Assembly: GCA_964016885.1 (NCBI GenBank)
Contig: OZ024742.1
Coordinates: forward strand, 238,700,001 to 238,764,000
Length of the DNA stretch: 64,000 bases
Direction of reading: 5' to 3'
DNA from: Eledone cirrhosa
Taxonomy: Eukaryota
A program made the position numbers and the translations under genes. Positions 25,141 to 37,762 of the stretch are shown here, one piece after another (position 1 is the stretch's first letter; each line of letters begins with the position of its first letter). Below the pieces are notes generated by a model that made no database searches, had not been told where the DNA came from, and saw only the letters and a list, made by a program, of their open reading frames with translations.

Positions 25141-25777
25141 ATGATTTGCAGAATCGTCCGTAATAGGCCCAGAGCCTCATTACCTTCTGTGGCTCTAGAG
25201 TTCTTGCTTTCCCCCTCATTTTTGGTTTATTTAGTCCTTTCCCTGCTTTCCCATGCAGCCAAGTCTGCCCTTCTTTGCCCCTTCCCCCATTTTATCATAA
25301 CTTAATTTTGCTTCTTTCTTTTTCATATTTATGTAATCCTTAATGGTTTTAAAGCCAACTTTATGAATATTGGTAATGTTATTTATACAACTGTGAATAA
25401 TAAATAAAATAGAAAATGTCAAACATTTGGGGCGTTAAATACCAAGATCGCCGATAATAGTCAGTTTGGAAGTATTATTGAAGAAAATGAAAATATCTCA
25501 TCCAATTCCCTGAATATATATATATGTGAAAAGATTTAGGACACCGACAGCTGAGCTCAGCCATCGGGGTCCTGAATCTTTTCATATTACCCACTTTACT
25601 ACCCCAAGTATCGAGTACTCTGGCGGGTTATGGTCCACCTGGTATCTTACCACACCCTCTCTGATATATATATTTATTCAATTGAAGAAAGTTGGTTAAA
25701 AATCTGCCGACTTATTTTTTTACAAACGTGAAGCACTCCATGGTTTTTGTTCATCCGGAGTTATATTATAATAGTTT

Positions 25778-25813
<36 letters not shown>

Positions 25814-27319
25814 GCGCGTAATAAATCCAGTGAACCGAGAAAAACAATATTTTCTTCAAAAGAGATCTCTTATCGATAATGAATAGATATCAGTTTGTAA
25901 TGGATATTTATGTTGGGATGGATACACTGAGTTCGATAGACAATAATGGATAGAGTATCAATAATATAATATTAGAGACAATAAAGGCGTTGTCAGGTTA
26001 AGGGACGAAATAAAAAAAATTAACTGGAATGGATGATGAAAGTTATTTAAAAATGAAAATAATAATAATAAAGTTAAAAGTATGCAGATGAAAAATATTT
26101 GTTGCATTAAGTATATAAACACAGCCAGTATGTGCGAGCGTGAAATAAATAAATATTTTTGTAGGTTTCAAATATGAAACAAACAGTAAACAAATGCTTA
26201 TAGATTATTGTATTTTCCAAACTTCGTTATTATTCTTTTTTATTCTTTTTTACTGTAAAAATACATTTTCATTTTATAATTTAAATTTAAATAAAATATA
26301 TAAAAATAAGATTACCTTTTATTTCTTCTTTTTTCTAAAATACCAAATTATATTTATACAATCAATTATAAACACGGCCTTAGATATGTAAACCACTCAC
26401 ACAAACATACGCTCTATGGGTGTTTAATACATTCAAATGGAATAGTTTGAATCATAGTTGACTGATATTTTAACAAACACTCGATTCATAGAATATATAA
26501 ATTTGAATATGCATTGATGAGTAAAAAGCAAGAAATCAAATTGTTTTTACCAGGAATACGGTCTAGCAAGCCGGTTGTTGAGTACATAACAAATCATATC
26601 ACTTATTCAGAGAGAAAATGATTAAGGCATACTGCAGTATTTCTACCATTATTTTACAGTAACGCAGAAACGAATCAGCTTTATTATTTTTCATTTTCAG
26701 TTAGTTATTTTAACTCTTTTGATCCCAACACGACAAAAAAAAAAAAAAAAAAAATGCTAATTTTCAAAGACTCGTATTCATATCAAATTAAAACTTTCAT
26801 TATAATTTTATTTCAGAAATTTTTGTTAAGCAACGTTCCAACACCAGCTTACTAATGCAAAAGTTTTATGAAATACCTCCAAATTTTTTTATATTTTCAA
26901 AATTTTATGAATCGCATAGGCAGTGTATTTTATTAGAGATTCAAGAATAAAAGGGTTAAATTGGTGCAAATTATAACAAGTTGTACAGTAGACATTATTG
27001 TCACGATTCAAAGTCTGTAGTAGTCTTCTTTGATTTTTATCCTTCTCCAACTCTTTAGCATTTACATTACTCTATATTTACTATTATATTTTCATGTTAA
27101 AAGGCTTTACCTCACATAATTATCTCACATAATATCAAATCTTTGAGATTTTGTTATTATTTATTTTGAGAACAATACCTTAACATCAGTATGAGTGGCC
27201 AGTTACGGCTGGTTTGAACAGAAAGAGATGAGAGAATTGTGGCCGGTTTAAATGCTAAAGGGCTAAGGTCAATGAAATGAGTAATAGGTGTGATGTTTCG
27301 ATTCCACTGCACAACACCC

Positions 27320-28838
27320 TTCTTCTTCTTCTTCTTCTTCTTCTTCTTCTTCTTCTTCTTCTTCTTCTCCTTCTTCTTCTCCCCTCCTCCTCCCCCTCCT
27401 CACCATCATCATTTCCCCTCCTGCTCCTGTCAGAAGCAGCCGTCTCCAACTGACCCGACTTGATCTCCAAGCGAGACCAGCCAAGCTCATGGATGTCGTC
27501 CAATCATCTTGCTTGGGATCAGCCCATGGGTCTCCTGCCGGTTGGTTTTGCCCCCATGGGCATGTGGTTAGAATATCGGAGCTGTGATCTCTCAATTCGG
27601 AGAAGTAGCGGCTCTTCTTGGAGTGACTCTCTGATCTCCAAGTTATGCACTCTATCGGTCGCTTGTATTCGTGATCATATTCTTTCAGTCATTACCCAAG
27701 ATTCATGACCATAGGTAAAGATTGGCACAAATACCGAATTGAAGATAGCGAATTTGGCGTTTACGCCCTACCCCCTTCTTCTGATTACTGAATGCTGAAG
27801 TTGGCGTATTACTGCACCAGCTTTTGAAATTCTTGCACTTAATTCAGACTCCTGCCTTTCATCACCCGTCAACACAGCCCCAAGATACTTGAACTGCTTT
27901 CGTGGAACACGATTCGCATGTAGAGTGCACTGCTCAGGCTTCCTTGAGAGGGCGAGTGTCTCAATTTTCATAGCATCGATTTTCATTCCAGCCATGCAGC
28001 ACTTGGCATCAAACCTATTGAGTGCAAGTTGGAGATCACCTTTTGTCATCTGCAAATCCTAGCCGACTGATTTTACTCTCGCCAGTCGTGATATTACTTC
28101 CAGCCCGGCTGTGCATGTCAATCCTGTTCATGATAATAATGAACAGGAGAGGTGACAGTACGCACCCTTGGCTGAGTCTGACTCCCACATTGAATGGTTT
28201 CGATTTAGCACCATTTATCCGAACACAAATACTCGGGCATTCGTATAGAGACATCAGGGCAGCAAAAAGCTGACCATCGATCCCATACTCCTCCACAACC
28301 TTCCACAGCAGATCCCGAGGAACACGGTCATATGCTTTTTCAATGTCAACAAAACAAGAATATACTTCTTGGCTATACTCCCACGATTTCTCAAATACCT
28401 GCTGCAGTGTGAATATTTGGTCAGCTGTGCTGCGTCCTGGTCAAAAACCACACTATTCATCTGCTAACTTGGACTCGACAGTCTCCCTACATCTCTTTGC
28501 CAGACACTTATTCTTAAATTTTACCGGGAAGGCTTAACAAGGAGATCCCTCTGTAATTGGAACACTCTCTCTTGTCACACTTTTTTTAAATCGGGATTAT
28601 CACTTCCGATTGCCATCACTTAGGTGCCTTTCCAGAGATTCAGGCCACCTGGTACACATGACTCAGCCCTAGAATACCTTCTCTATTTAAGGCTTTTAGC
28701 ATCTCAGGCCGAAAATCAACTTCCCCAGCGGCCTTGCCACATTTGAGCTCTTTAACCTCAGCCTCCGAGAGATTAGTCACCACTCCCAGATGCACCTCCT
28801 GTACATCAGAAGATGCTAATGTGATCGGGTTTAGGAGA
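27320..28838 (-). mobile_element. RTE-clade LINE, 3' half of RT with (GAA)n tail, broken by G2
   Basis: GKAAG..PEMLK, VRLSQGCVLSPLLF, FADD, FKYLG; (TTC)n on + strand at 27320-27380. Confidence 0.9.
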
Positions 28839-31800
28839 TGTGGGGCTGCCGCGAGATAGAGGGGGGTGTAGAGCTGCCGTGGGAGGGAGATTGCCGGAAG
28901 TTGGGGGACGCCTGACCGGAAGCAGGAGGACGGGGGCGACTCGAGGGACCAAGCGGTCAACAGTGGCCTCTCGGCCATACGCCCTCGAAGGTGACGGACG
29001 TGCGAAGACAGACGCAAGCGGAAAGTACCCCCATGTGGACCAGAGAGACGCAAGGTAAGTTCGAATGCCTCCGACTACAAGCTATTTAGGCGTTTAATGA
29101 AATTTCCCATCTTTCGGCATTTTTACTCCCGGCACGGCAGCCCTTTAGTTTAGCTTTTTTTCTTTTTTGTTCCCTTTCGTGGGGTATCGTTGTTGGTTTT
29201 TTCCGATCTCGCAGGAGAGATGGCAGAGAAACTAAAATTGAATAGCAAGACTATCAAGGCTTTTAACGGCGAAGATGTTGTGGCCTGGTTGAAAAAGGTT
29301 ACATTGGTCGCCTCGCTGCAAGGCATTGACAACGTTGCTGGTTTGATCGCTCTATATCTCGACGGGGATACCCTAGCACTGTACCTCGAGATGGACGAGA
29401 GCGACCAACTGAATGCGGAGAGGATAGGACAGCGACTTAAGGAAGCGTTCATCGAGGGGCCGTACGCTGCTTTTGCCAAGCTAGACAGAGCGAGATGGCA
29501 GGGAGAGCACGTGGACGTGTTTGCGATAGAGTTACGACGATTGGCTATGTTGGCCGGATTCGCGGTAGAATGCGAATGCGCCGTGCGGCTGGCTTTTATG
29601 AACGGGTTCTCCGACGAAATCTCCGTGAAGCTCCAGCAGCTGCCCGGCAACAGGGAGATGAGCATGAACGAGCTCATCGCACAGGCCCGCGTAATAACAC
29701 AGGACACGAGGTGGAGTGTTGTAGCGCTGGCAGCGACGGAAACCATGGCAGTCGACAGCGACCGACGTATGACGAAAGGAGACCAGCCGCTGTGAATAGT
29801 CGTCCGCGTGCGTTCGGAGGCCGGTGCTTCAGGTGCCAGGGCCCGCACCTGGCAAGGGACTGCAGAGAGCCGAAACCAGCTATAGTCTGCTATCGCTGCA
29901 AGCGACCAGGCCACATCGCAAATAATTGCGACCAGGAGGCGAGTAGAGGCGCCTTTGCAGTTGTTGCCCGCAGTGGAAGCCATCGCGAGCAGTCGTGGAC
30001 ACGGGTTGCACGACAACACTAGTTGCACGACAACACTAGTGACCATGGAGGTGGTAAAAAAGTGGAGCGGGATGAGCAGTATAAGGGCAGTCGACGGCAG
30101 GGAGATTAGATGCAGAGGTACCAGCGAGGTGTCGATGGTGGTACGGGGAAGAAAGATTAGGCTTCGGGCGATCGTGATTGACCAGGTGGTGGACGGAATC
30201 GATGTAGTAATGGGCATGGACATGATTGGCTGCCTTGGAGGTGTTACAGTGACAGAAGTCGGGGTGACGTTTGGTAGCGAGAGGACATCATGTGCTGTGA
30301 GCGTGCTGGGAGAATCCACGAAGAACAGGGCGATCCAAGAAGAAAATACCATACATGACAAGGATTTCAGGGTGGTGTTCGATGGGCAGCGGTGGGTAGT
30401 TGAGTGGTACTGGAAGGGAGAGCCACCAACGCTGAAGAACAGAGTGGGCTGCTATCAACATACCCTGAAAGGAAATGCCAGAAACGAGTTTGAGGGAGAG
30501 GTACAGAGATGGATCGAGGAGGGTATACTGCTTCCTTGGAAGGAGGAGGTGAAGTGTGGAGTGTCGCCGCTGATGGCAGTGGTGCAGCCCACGAAGAACA
30601 AGGTTAGGCCGGTGCTGGACTTTCGTGAGCTGAACGAACACGTGCCATGCCACACAGGCGGTGAGGTCACGGATGTTTGCGGGGAAACTTTGCGAGAGTG
30701 GAGGCGAATGACAGGGGCCTCCACGATTGTCGACTTAAAGTCGGCATATCTGCAGTTACACGTGGATGAGAAGCTGTGGAAATATCAGCTAGTCAGGTAT
30801 AAGGGCCAGACATACTGCCTGACCAGGCTTGGCTTCGGGTTGAACTCTGCGCCAAAAATCATGGCGACGGTCCTCAAGGCCATTCTGTAGAAAGCGGACA
30901 AGGTGAAGAGGGCCACCAACTCCTACATCGACGACATCTTGGTGGACGAGACGGTGGTGTTAGCAGCAGAAGTCTCAGGCCACTTGGGAAGGTACGGACT
31001 GACTGCGAAACCGCCGGAGGCGATGGAAGGAGGAGCCGCGCTAGGACTCAGGTTGCAAAGGGATAAGACGGGCACACGAGTGTTTCGGAGGGGTAACGAA
31101 GTCCCGGAACTGGGCCCCGATATGTGTGGTAAATTGGTGGGCCACTATCCGATCGCAGGGTGACTCCGGACGGCATGCAGCTATGTCAAGAGACGAGCAG
31201 ACGGAGTGAGCTGGGCTGACAGGGTTGGAGAGAAGACAGTGGCCATGATGCAGGAAATCGGGGAGAGGGTAAAGGCGGATGACCCAGTGAAAGGACGCTG
31301 GTACGTCCCCAAATCGGAGAGCGGGACCGTATGGTGTGATGCAAGCAGCATAGCACTAGGGGTCACTCTGGAGATAGGGGGCGTCGAGGTCGAGGACGCA
31401 GCCTGGCTCAGGAAGAAGGAGGACTACATCCACATGAACGTGGCCGAACTGGATGCTGTGCTGAGAGGGGTGAATCTCGCCCTGAGATGAGGGCTGCGCA
31501 CCATAGAAATCCGCACTGACTCGGCCACTGTACTCGGATGCTTACCAGTGAGAGGAGGGTGCGAACGAGAGGGGCAGAAGAAATGTTGATAAAGCACCGC
31601 CTGGGAACTCTGGGAGAGCTAACCACTGAATTTTTTTTGCCCTCGGAGAAGAACAGGGCAGACGTATTAACCAGGGTGAAGAAAGCCTGGCTGGAAACGC
31701 CAGGGGACGCAGAGAAGGGGATAGCGGCAGTGTGTCGGCTCAGTGATTCGGAGTTGAGGGGACTGCACGCCATGCACCACATTGGGGTGGATAGGACCCT

Positions 31801-32838
31801 GTTCCTAGCCAGAAGAATCGACTCTGATGTTAGCAGACAGTGTCCAGAGAGTGGTCGGAGGTTGTGACAGACGCCAGTCTATCGACCCTGCCCCGGGCGT
31901 GCACGAGACAGGAAGCATCCCGGTGGAGCACAACTGGAAGTGATTAGCGGTGGACGTGACACACTACCGACAAGGAACGTATCTTTCCATAGTCGATTGT
32001 GGGCCGGGACGGATGGCGATATGGAGGGAAATGAAGACAGGGACTGTGGAGGAAATCGTGCAGATGCTGAGAGAGATATTCTTGGAGCGGGGCCTTGTGG
32101 ATGAACTGCTGATGGAGAACAGCACGGCGTTTCGCTCGGAGGCGCTGAGGGAAATGCTTGACAAGTGGAAGGTGAACCGCTTCTTCAGAGCGTCATACAG
32201 GCCGAGCGGAAATGGGATCGTGGAAAGACATCATCGTACGATCAAGGCCATGGCGGAAAGGGGGCATATTTTGCTAACGGAGGCAGTGTTCTGGTACAAC
32301 ATGTCTCCGGGGGTGGGACAGACCGAGGAGTCGGTGCCGCACAGGGCAATATACAGATATGAATGGCGACACCCGTGCACGGTACCACAGCAGCCGGTGG
32401 AGAGAGAGAGAGCGCATTCGTACGTTGGGCGAAAAGGTATGGATGAAGCCCCCGAACGCGCGTTGCACATCTCAATGGGGAAAGGGAATGGTAACCGCCA
32501 TAAATTACCAAAACAACGTGTCTATGGACTGTGGACGGAATGCCATGTCACGTCTTGGACGTCCGTAGAGTCGTTGTGGTGACAGACTCCGAGGAAGAGG
32601 GAAAATGAAAGTGCCGCCCCAACAGTGCGGAGATCGCAACGGAGCCTCCGCCAACCTAGGTGGGTGGCGGATTTTGAGATGGAGCAGTGTGATGGGGGGG
32701 GAGTGATCCTTGAGATCAGGGGGTCGTGTGGGGCTGCCGCGAGATAGAGGGGGTGTAGAGCTGTCGTGGGAGGGGGATTGCCGGAAGTTGGGGGACGCCT
32801 GACCGGAAGCAAGAGGACGGGGCGACTCGAGGGACCAA
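28839..32838 (+). mobile_element. Second compact Gypsy (G2), related to G1, decayed, 3' LTR truncated, inserted in an RTE LINE
   Basis: 5' LTR 28839-29079 (TGT...ACA); gag ATG at 29220; PR-RT 29955-30890; YIDD, RH and IN ORFs highly similar to G1; purine tract then 3' LTR 32727-32838, which breaks off. Confidence 0.95.
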
Positions 32839-35800
32839 TTCGTTGTATTCGTTCTGTTCTTGTTTGTTGTATTGTTGACCCATACTAATTTCTTCTCTTA
32901 TTGACTCTTTCTATATTATTCTTAGATTGAATAAAAACCTTTGATTTGGTACAAAATAATACAACAATTTTATTCAATCATGGATCCGAAAATATTCAAG
33001 AAAATTCTTCCGGATGATCCTAATGAATCCGATTATGCCTACTGGAAGAGAATGTTGGCGATCTATTTGGAAAACTTGTCTGTTCCTAACGAAAGTAAGC
33101 TGTCAGTTCTTCTGGTTCTTTGCGGAGCCAATGCTTATACTCTCATTGAAGAAGCAACATCATTCGATGAGGCGTTATCCATTCTTGATAATAAATTTCA
33201 AAAGAAAGGCTCAGCAATAATGACCCGACATAAACTACGCAACCATTGTCAACAAGAAGGGCAATCATTGGAGGCCTACATGACTGAATTAAAAGCCCTC
33301 GCAAAGAAATTCCCCACTAAACCCCTAACAGGGGAACAACATAGACAATTGTTGATTTGTGATGCGTTCGTGTCGGGTGTTTAATCCGCCACCATAAAAC
33401 AACGACTTCTGGAATCACCTGACGAAAATCTAGATAAAATATTCCAAACCGCTCTCACATTAGAACTAGCAATAGAAGACGCACAAAATCTGTCAACAAC
33501 AATATAACCGCCGTCACAACCCGTATTCGCTACTTCTTCATCAAAATGTTTCTGGTGTGGTGGTTCATATCACCAAAAATCAGAGTGCCCTGCAAAAAAT
33601 TCAACTTGCAATTTCTGCCACAAGAAAGGCCACTGGGCAACAGTATGTTTTGTTAAAAATAAGAAGGTACTAAAGAAGATAAAACACGCAGCAGTCTTGA
33701 ATAATAAGGAGGGCCCCGATGAAGCCTATGATGGCAGTAATCTTGCTGCCTGTTATAAACTTGCTTCCGTAAATCATAATACAAACCTTTTAACAATTTA
33801 TGTCAATTCACATAAAACAGAAGGTTTACTTGACACAGGCTCAGACAAGTCTTTCATTGACATGAACCTCTTGTCGAAATGGCAAAGTAAATTCAAGAAA
33901 ACTAAGAATAAGAGTGTAATTTTAGCCGACAACAGTAAACTCATAATACGAAGTACGTTTGAAACAACATTAGAATGGGAGGGCCGAGAATACCACATCG
34001 ATCTAATGGTGGTTGACAAACTCATTGCTCCAGTAGTTATGGGTCTTGATATACTTAAAAGGCAGAAGTCTTTAACAATAAAATATGCGGGGGACATGAG
34101 ACCAGTCACGATATGTATGTCAATGCAAACTCTGAATTGTGAAGAATATGATTTAATGCCTGGTATCGAAACTACAAAACTAAAACCATTATCTATACCT
34201 CCTCGAAAATACAATAAAACCAGCAATTCATTAAAACGGAAATCGACAGAATGCTTAAAGCTGGAATAATTCAACAGAGCAGAAGCCCATGGAGAGCGCA
34301 GTGCTTCGTAATAGATCAAGAAAACAAAAAACGTTTTGTCATAGACTACTCAGGCACTATAAATCGTTACACACCATTAGATTCATACCCTAATGCCATA
34401 ATCGAAGACCTAGTCAACAAAATTTCAAAATACGTATTTCTCGAAAATAGATCTAAAGGCAGATTATCACCAAATACCCATCAAATCTTCCGACTTTAAG
34501 TTAACTGCATTCGAGGCCTGTGGCCGACTATACGGATTTACCCGTCTTCCGTTTGGATGCACAAATGCCGTCCCAATTTTCCAACGAATAATGGACACTT
34601 TCATAGACAATTACAACTTACAAAATACCTACTCATACCTTGACGACATTATTATAATAGGCGGTGGATTGGCAGTATCGGTAGAGGGTCGGATGCCATG
34701 CTTTCCAGCATAGTTACGTCCCTTAACGATCTGAGTTCAAATCCCGCTGAGGTTGACTTTGCCTTTCATCCTTACGGGGTCGATAAAATAAAGTACCAGT
34801 AATGCACTGGGTAATTGCTGGCCTTGTGCCAAAAAGTAGAAACAATTATTATAATTGGCCCTTGCCATTCTGAGTTCAAATCCCGCCGAGGTTAACTTTG
34901 CCTTTCATCCTTACGGGGTCGATAAAATAAAGTACCAGTAATGTACTGGGATAATTGCTGGCCTTGTGCCAAAAGTAGAAACAATTATTATAGGAGAAGA
35001 CACAGTCGAAGAACATAACCATAACCTAAAGCAATTCATGAATGCAGCTAACAATGCAGGTATGCAATTGAATCGAGACAAATGCAGCGTTAATCAAAAT
35101 AGAATACATTTCCTTGGACTTGTCATAGAAAAAAGGTAAATTAAGACCGGACCCTGAAAGGTATAAAGCCCTTATTGACATGCCGTTCCCAAAGACGTTA
35201 AAAGAGTTGAACCGGGTAATCGGTCTTTTTGCATACTATGCTAAATGGATTAAGGGCTCTTCTAACCTCTCAGTCGTTCTTACAAAGGCAAGAAACACCA
35301 TTAATAAACAAGGTCTATCAAACGAAGAAAAATTTACTATTAATAAGATGAAGGAAGAACTCATAAAGGCATCACTGTGTTCACCCGATTTCACTACACC
35401 ATTTATAATCGAAACCGACGCATCAAATAATGCCATTGGCAGAACTCTATCACAAAATGGTCGTCCAATTGCTTTTCTTCGTAGAACACTAAATAAGTCA
35501 GAAAGAGGACATTCCATCATCGAAAACGAAGCTTGCGCAATTATAGAATGTTGTATAAAATAGAGGCATATAATCAGCGCTGTTCCACATTGTAATATAA
35601 TAACAGACCAATGATCGGTTGCATTTGCGTTCAACAAAAAACACACTTCCAAGATTAAAAACGAGAAGGTAGCCCGCTGGCGACTGGAGTTAAGCAATTT
35701 TAACCTTACCTTCTCATATAGACCTGGTTCATTAAACCAAGCCGCAGACGCCCTATCGCGCTGCTGCTCTACTAAGACGGAACACGAATTATACAATATT

Positions 35801-37097
35801 CACTGACGTCTATGTCATCCGGGGGTCACCAGACTTCTATATTATTGTAAATCAATGAACTTGGCATATTCTATTAATGAAATAAGAGAAGTTATCGCCA
35901 ATTGCAAAATATGCCGTGAATGTAAACCACAATTCTATAAACCACCCAAAGGAAGATTAATACATGCCACAAGACCCTGGGAAAGACTATCAATGGACTT
36001 TGTGGGTCCCATGGCTATCTCAAACGGTTTTCGATTTATATTAACTATAGTTGACGAGTACTCACATTTTCCATTCGCCATTCCCTGTAAAGAGATAACA
36101 ACCGACGTAGTAATTAAACATCTATTGGAGATATTCTCTATATTTGGAAAACCCAGTTCGATTCATACAGATAGGGGACGTCAATTTGAATCACAAAAAC
36201 TCAAAGATTTCTTATGGAGTAATAACATTATAAAAAGCCACACCACGCCATATCGACCCCAAGCCAACGGCCAATGCGAAAGAGTTAACGGCACAATATG
36301 CAAAGCGATAAGTCTGGCATTGAAGACAAATAATCTCAATAAAAATGGAGTAACATGATTCTAATCGCTCTGTCGTCTATCCGAGGATTGCTTTGCACTG
36401 CTACAAACGCCACGCCACATGAAAGAGTATTTTCATTCACCAGATCAACAAAGAACGGCACAGAAATACCAGAGTTGCTAAATAAACCGGGAACAACCGT
36501 GCTACATCGACGTCACATAAGGAATAAAGGTGATGATCTCACGGAAAACGTTCAACTCATCAAGACGATCTCACCCCACTTTGCCAAGGTACAATTTAAT
36601 AATGGAAGAATAGACACAGTCTCAACTACACACCTCGCACCAGCAGCATCACCACAAAACAATGGAAATTCAACAACATCGGAGTGTCAGAATAACAACT
36701 CCCCAAAAGGCGCCAATTTAACTCAACCAACAGTAATATCTACACCTGTGGCAGTTGGGAACGAAAGTATGACATCTACCGTCGATGACAATCCTACAGA
36801 GAGTGCGGAATTTAACGACGATGAATCTTCTGACACATTCTTAACCTCGAATAACACACCCCAACAACAAAGAACATGCCGAGGACGTGCTAGAGGGAAA
36901 GAATGTGATGATATGATTTGTTTTATAGCATCACTTTCTTCTCTTTGATTTGATTCCTTTTTATTCTTATTCGTTGTATTCGTTCCGTTCTTGTTTGTCG
37001 TATTGTTGACCCATACTAATTTTTTCTCTTATTGACTCTTTCTATATTATTCTTAGATTGAATAAAAACCTTTGATTTTGTACAAAATAATACAACA
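32838..37097 (+). mobile_element. AT-rich Gypsy LTR retrotransposon (G3), decayed, 5' LTR truncated
   Basis: 5' LTR remnant 32838-32966; 3' LTR 36904-37097 (TG...CA) after PPT AGAGGGAAAGAA; gag from 32980 with CCHC motifs ~33547-33650; LLDTGS protease; YLDD RT; ETDAS RNase H; IN (SMDFVGP, TDRG, CER). Confidence 0.95.
34657..34992 (+). mobile_element. Two tandem tRNA-derived SINE copies (second 5'-truncated) inserted in G3 RT
   Basis: A-box-like TGGCAGTATCGG, B-box GAGTTCAAATCC, core gcctttcatccttacggggtcgataaa...agtaccag; ATTATTATA at 34648, 34845 and 34984; excision restores YLDDIIIGEDTVEEH. Confidence 0.9.
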
Positions 37098-37101
37098 TAT
37101 A

Positions 37102-37762
37102 GGCATTGGTTAAGTTTAACGTCCTCGAAATTGAAAGTGGATTTTCTGACAAGTGAATGTGTTTTTTTGTTTTTTTACAGTGAAAGTTACGATACACTGT
37201 TTGTTTATTTACAACAGGTCTCTATAGTGATATGGTGTTAATTAGTATTGCGTGTGTGATTATTTTCTCTTATATATATATGTGTGGGTGTGTATATGTG
37301 TGTATATATATGTGTGTCTGTATGTATATATATATGTGTGTTTGTATATATATATGTGTTTGTGTCATCATCATCGTTTAGATGTTTTTACCCAAATCCC
37401 TTATCATTCTCTGTCTTTCTTATGACCCGGCCTTAATTTGTTTATAGTTGGTGCCAACTTTGGCAAGATATTACAAAAACATCTAAACGATGATGATGAC
37501 ACAAACACATATATATATACAAACACACATATATATATACATACAGACACACATATATATACACACATATACACACCCACACATATATATATAAGAGAAA
37601 ATAATCACACACGCAATACTAATTAACACCATATCACTATAGAGACCTGTTGTAAATAAACAAAGAGTGTATCGTAAATTTCATTGTAAAAAAAAAAACA
37701 AACACATTCACTTGTCAAAAAATCCACTTTCAATTTCGAGGACGTTAAACTTAACCAATGCC
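37102..37762. mobile_element. Mutator/Foldback-like non-autonomous element, 288-bp TIRs, 9-bp TSD
   Basis: Arms 37102-37389 and 37475-37762 (GGCATTGG...CCAATGCC), 85-bp spacer, TSD CAACATATA at 37093-37101 and 37763-37771. Confidence 0.9.

Noticed and set aside
26551-26660. Possible non-coding first exon of KLHDC8 (minus-strand donor CTG|GTAAAA at 26551)
   Set aside because: An upstream exon is implied by the acceptor at 16754, but this donor is weak and cannot be supported without transcript data.
27255-27595. Poly-Arg / poly-Glu ORFs (protamine-like appearance)
   Set aside because: Translations of the RTE (GAA)n tail.
29150-30361. 403-aa antisense ORF and other antisense ORFs over G1 and G2
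   Set aside because: Shadow frames of GC-rich gag/pol with no domain motifs; the equivalent region in G1 is broken.
34660-34750. SINE heads as tRNA genes
   Set aside because: A/B boxes present but no cloverleaf; followed by SINE core and tail.
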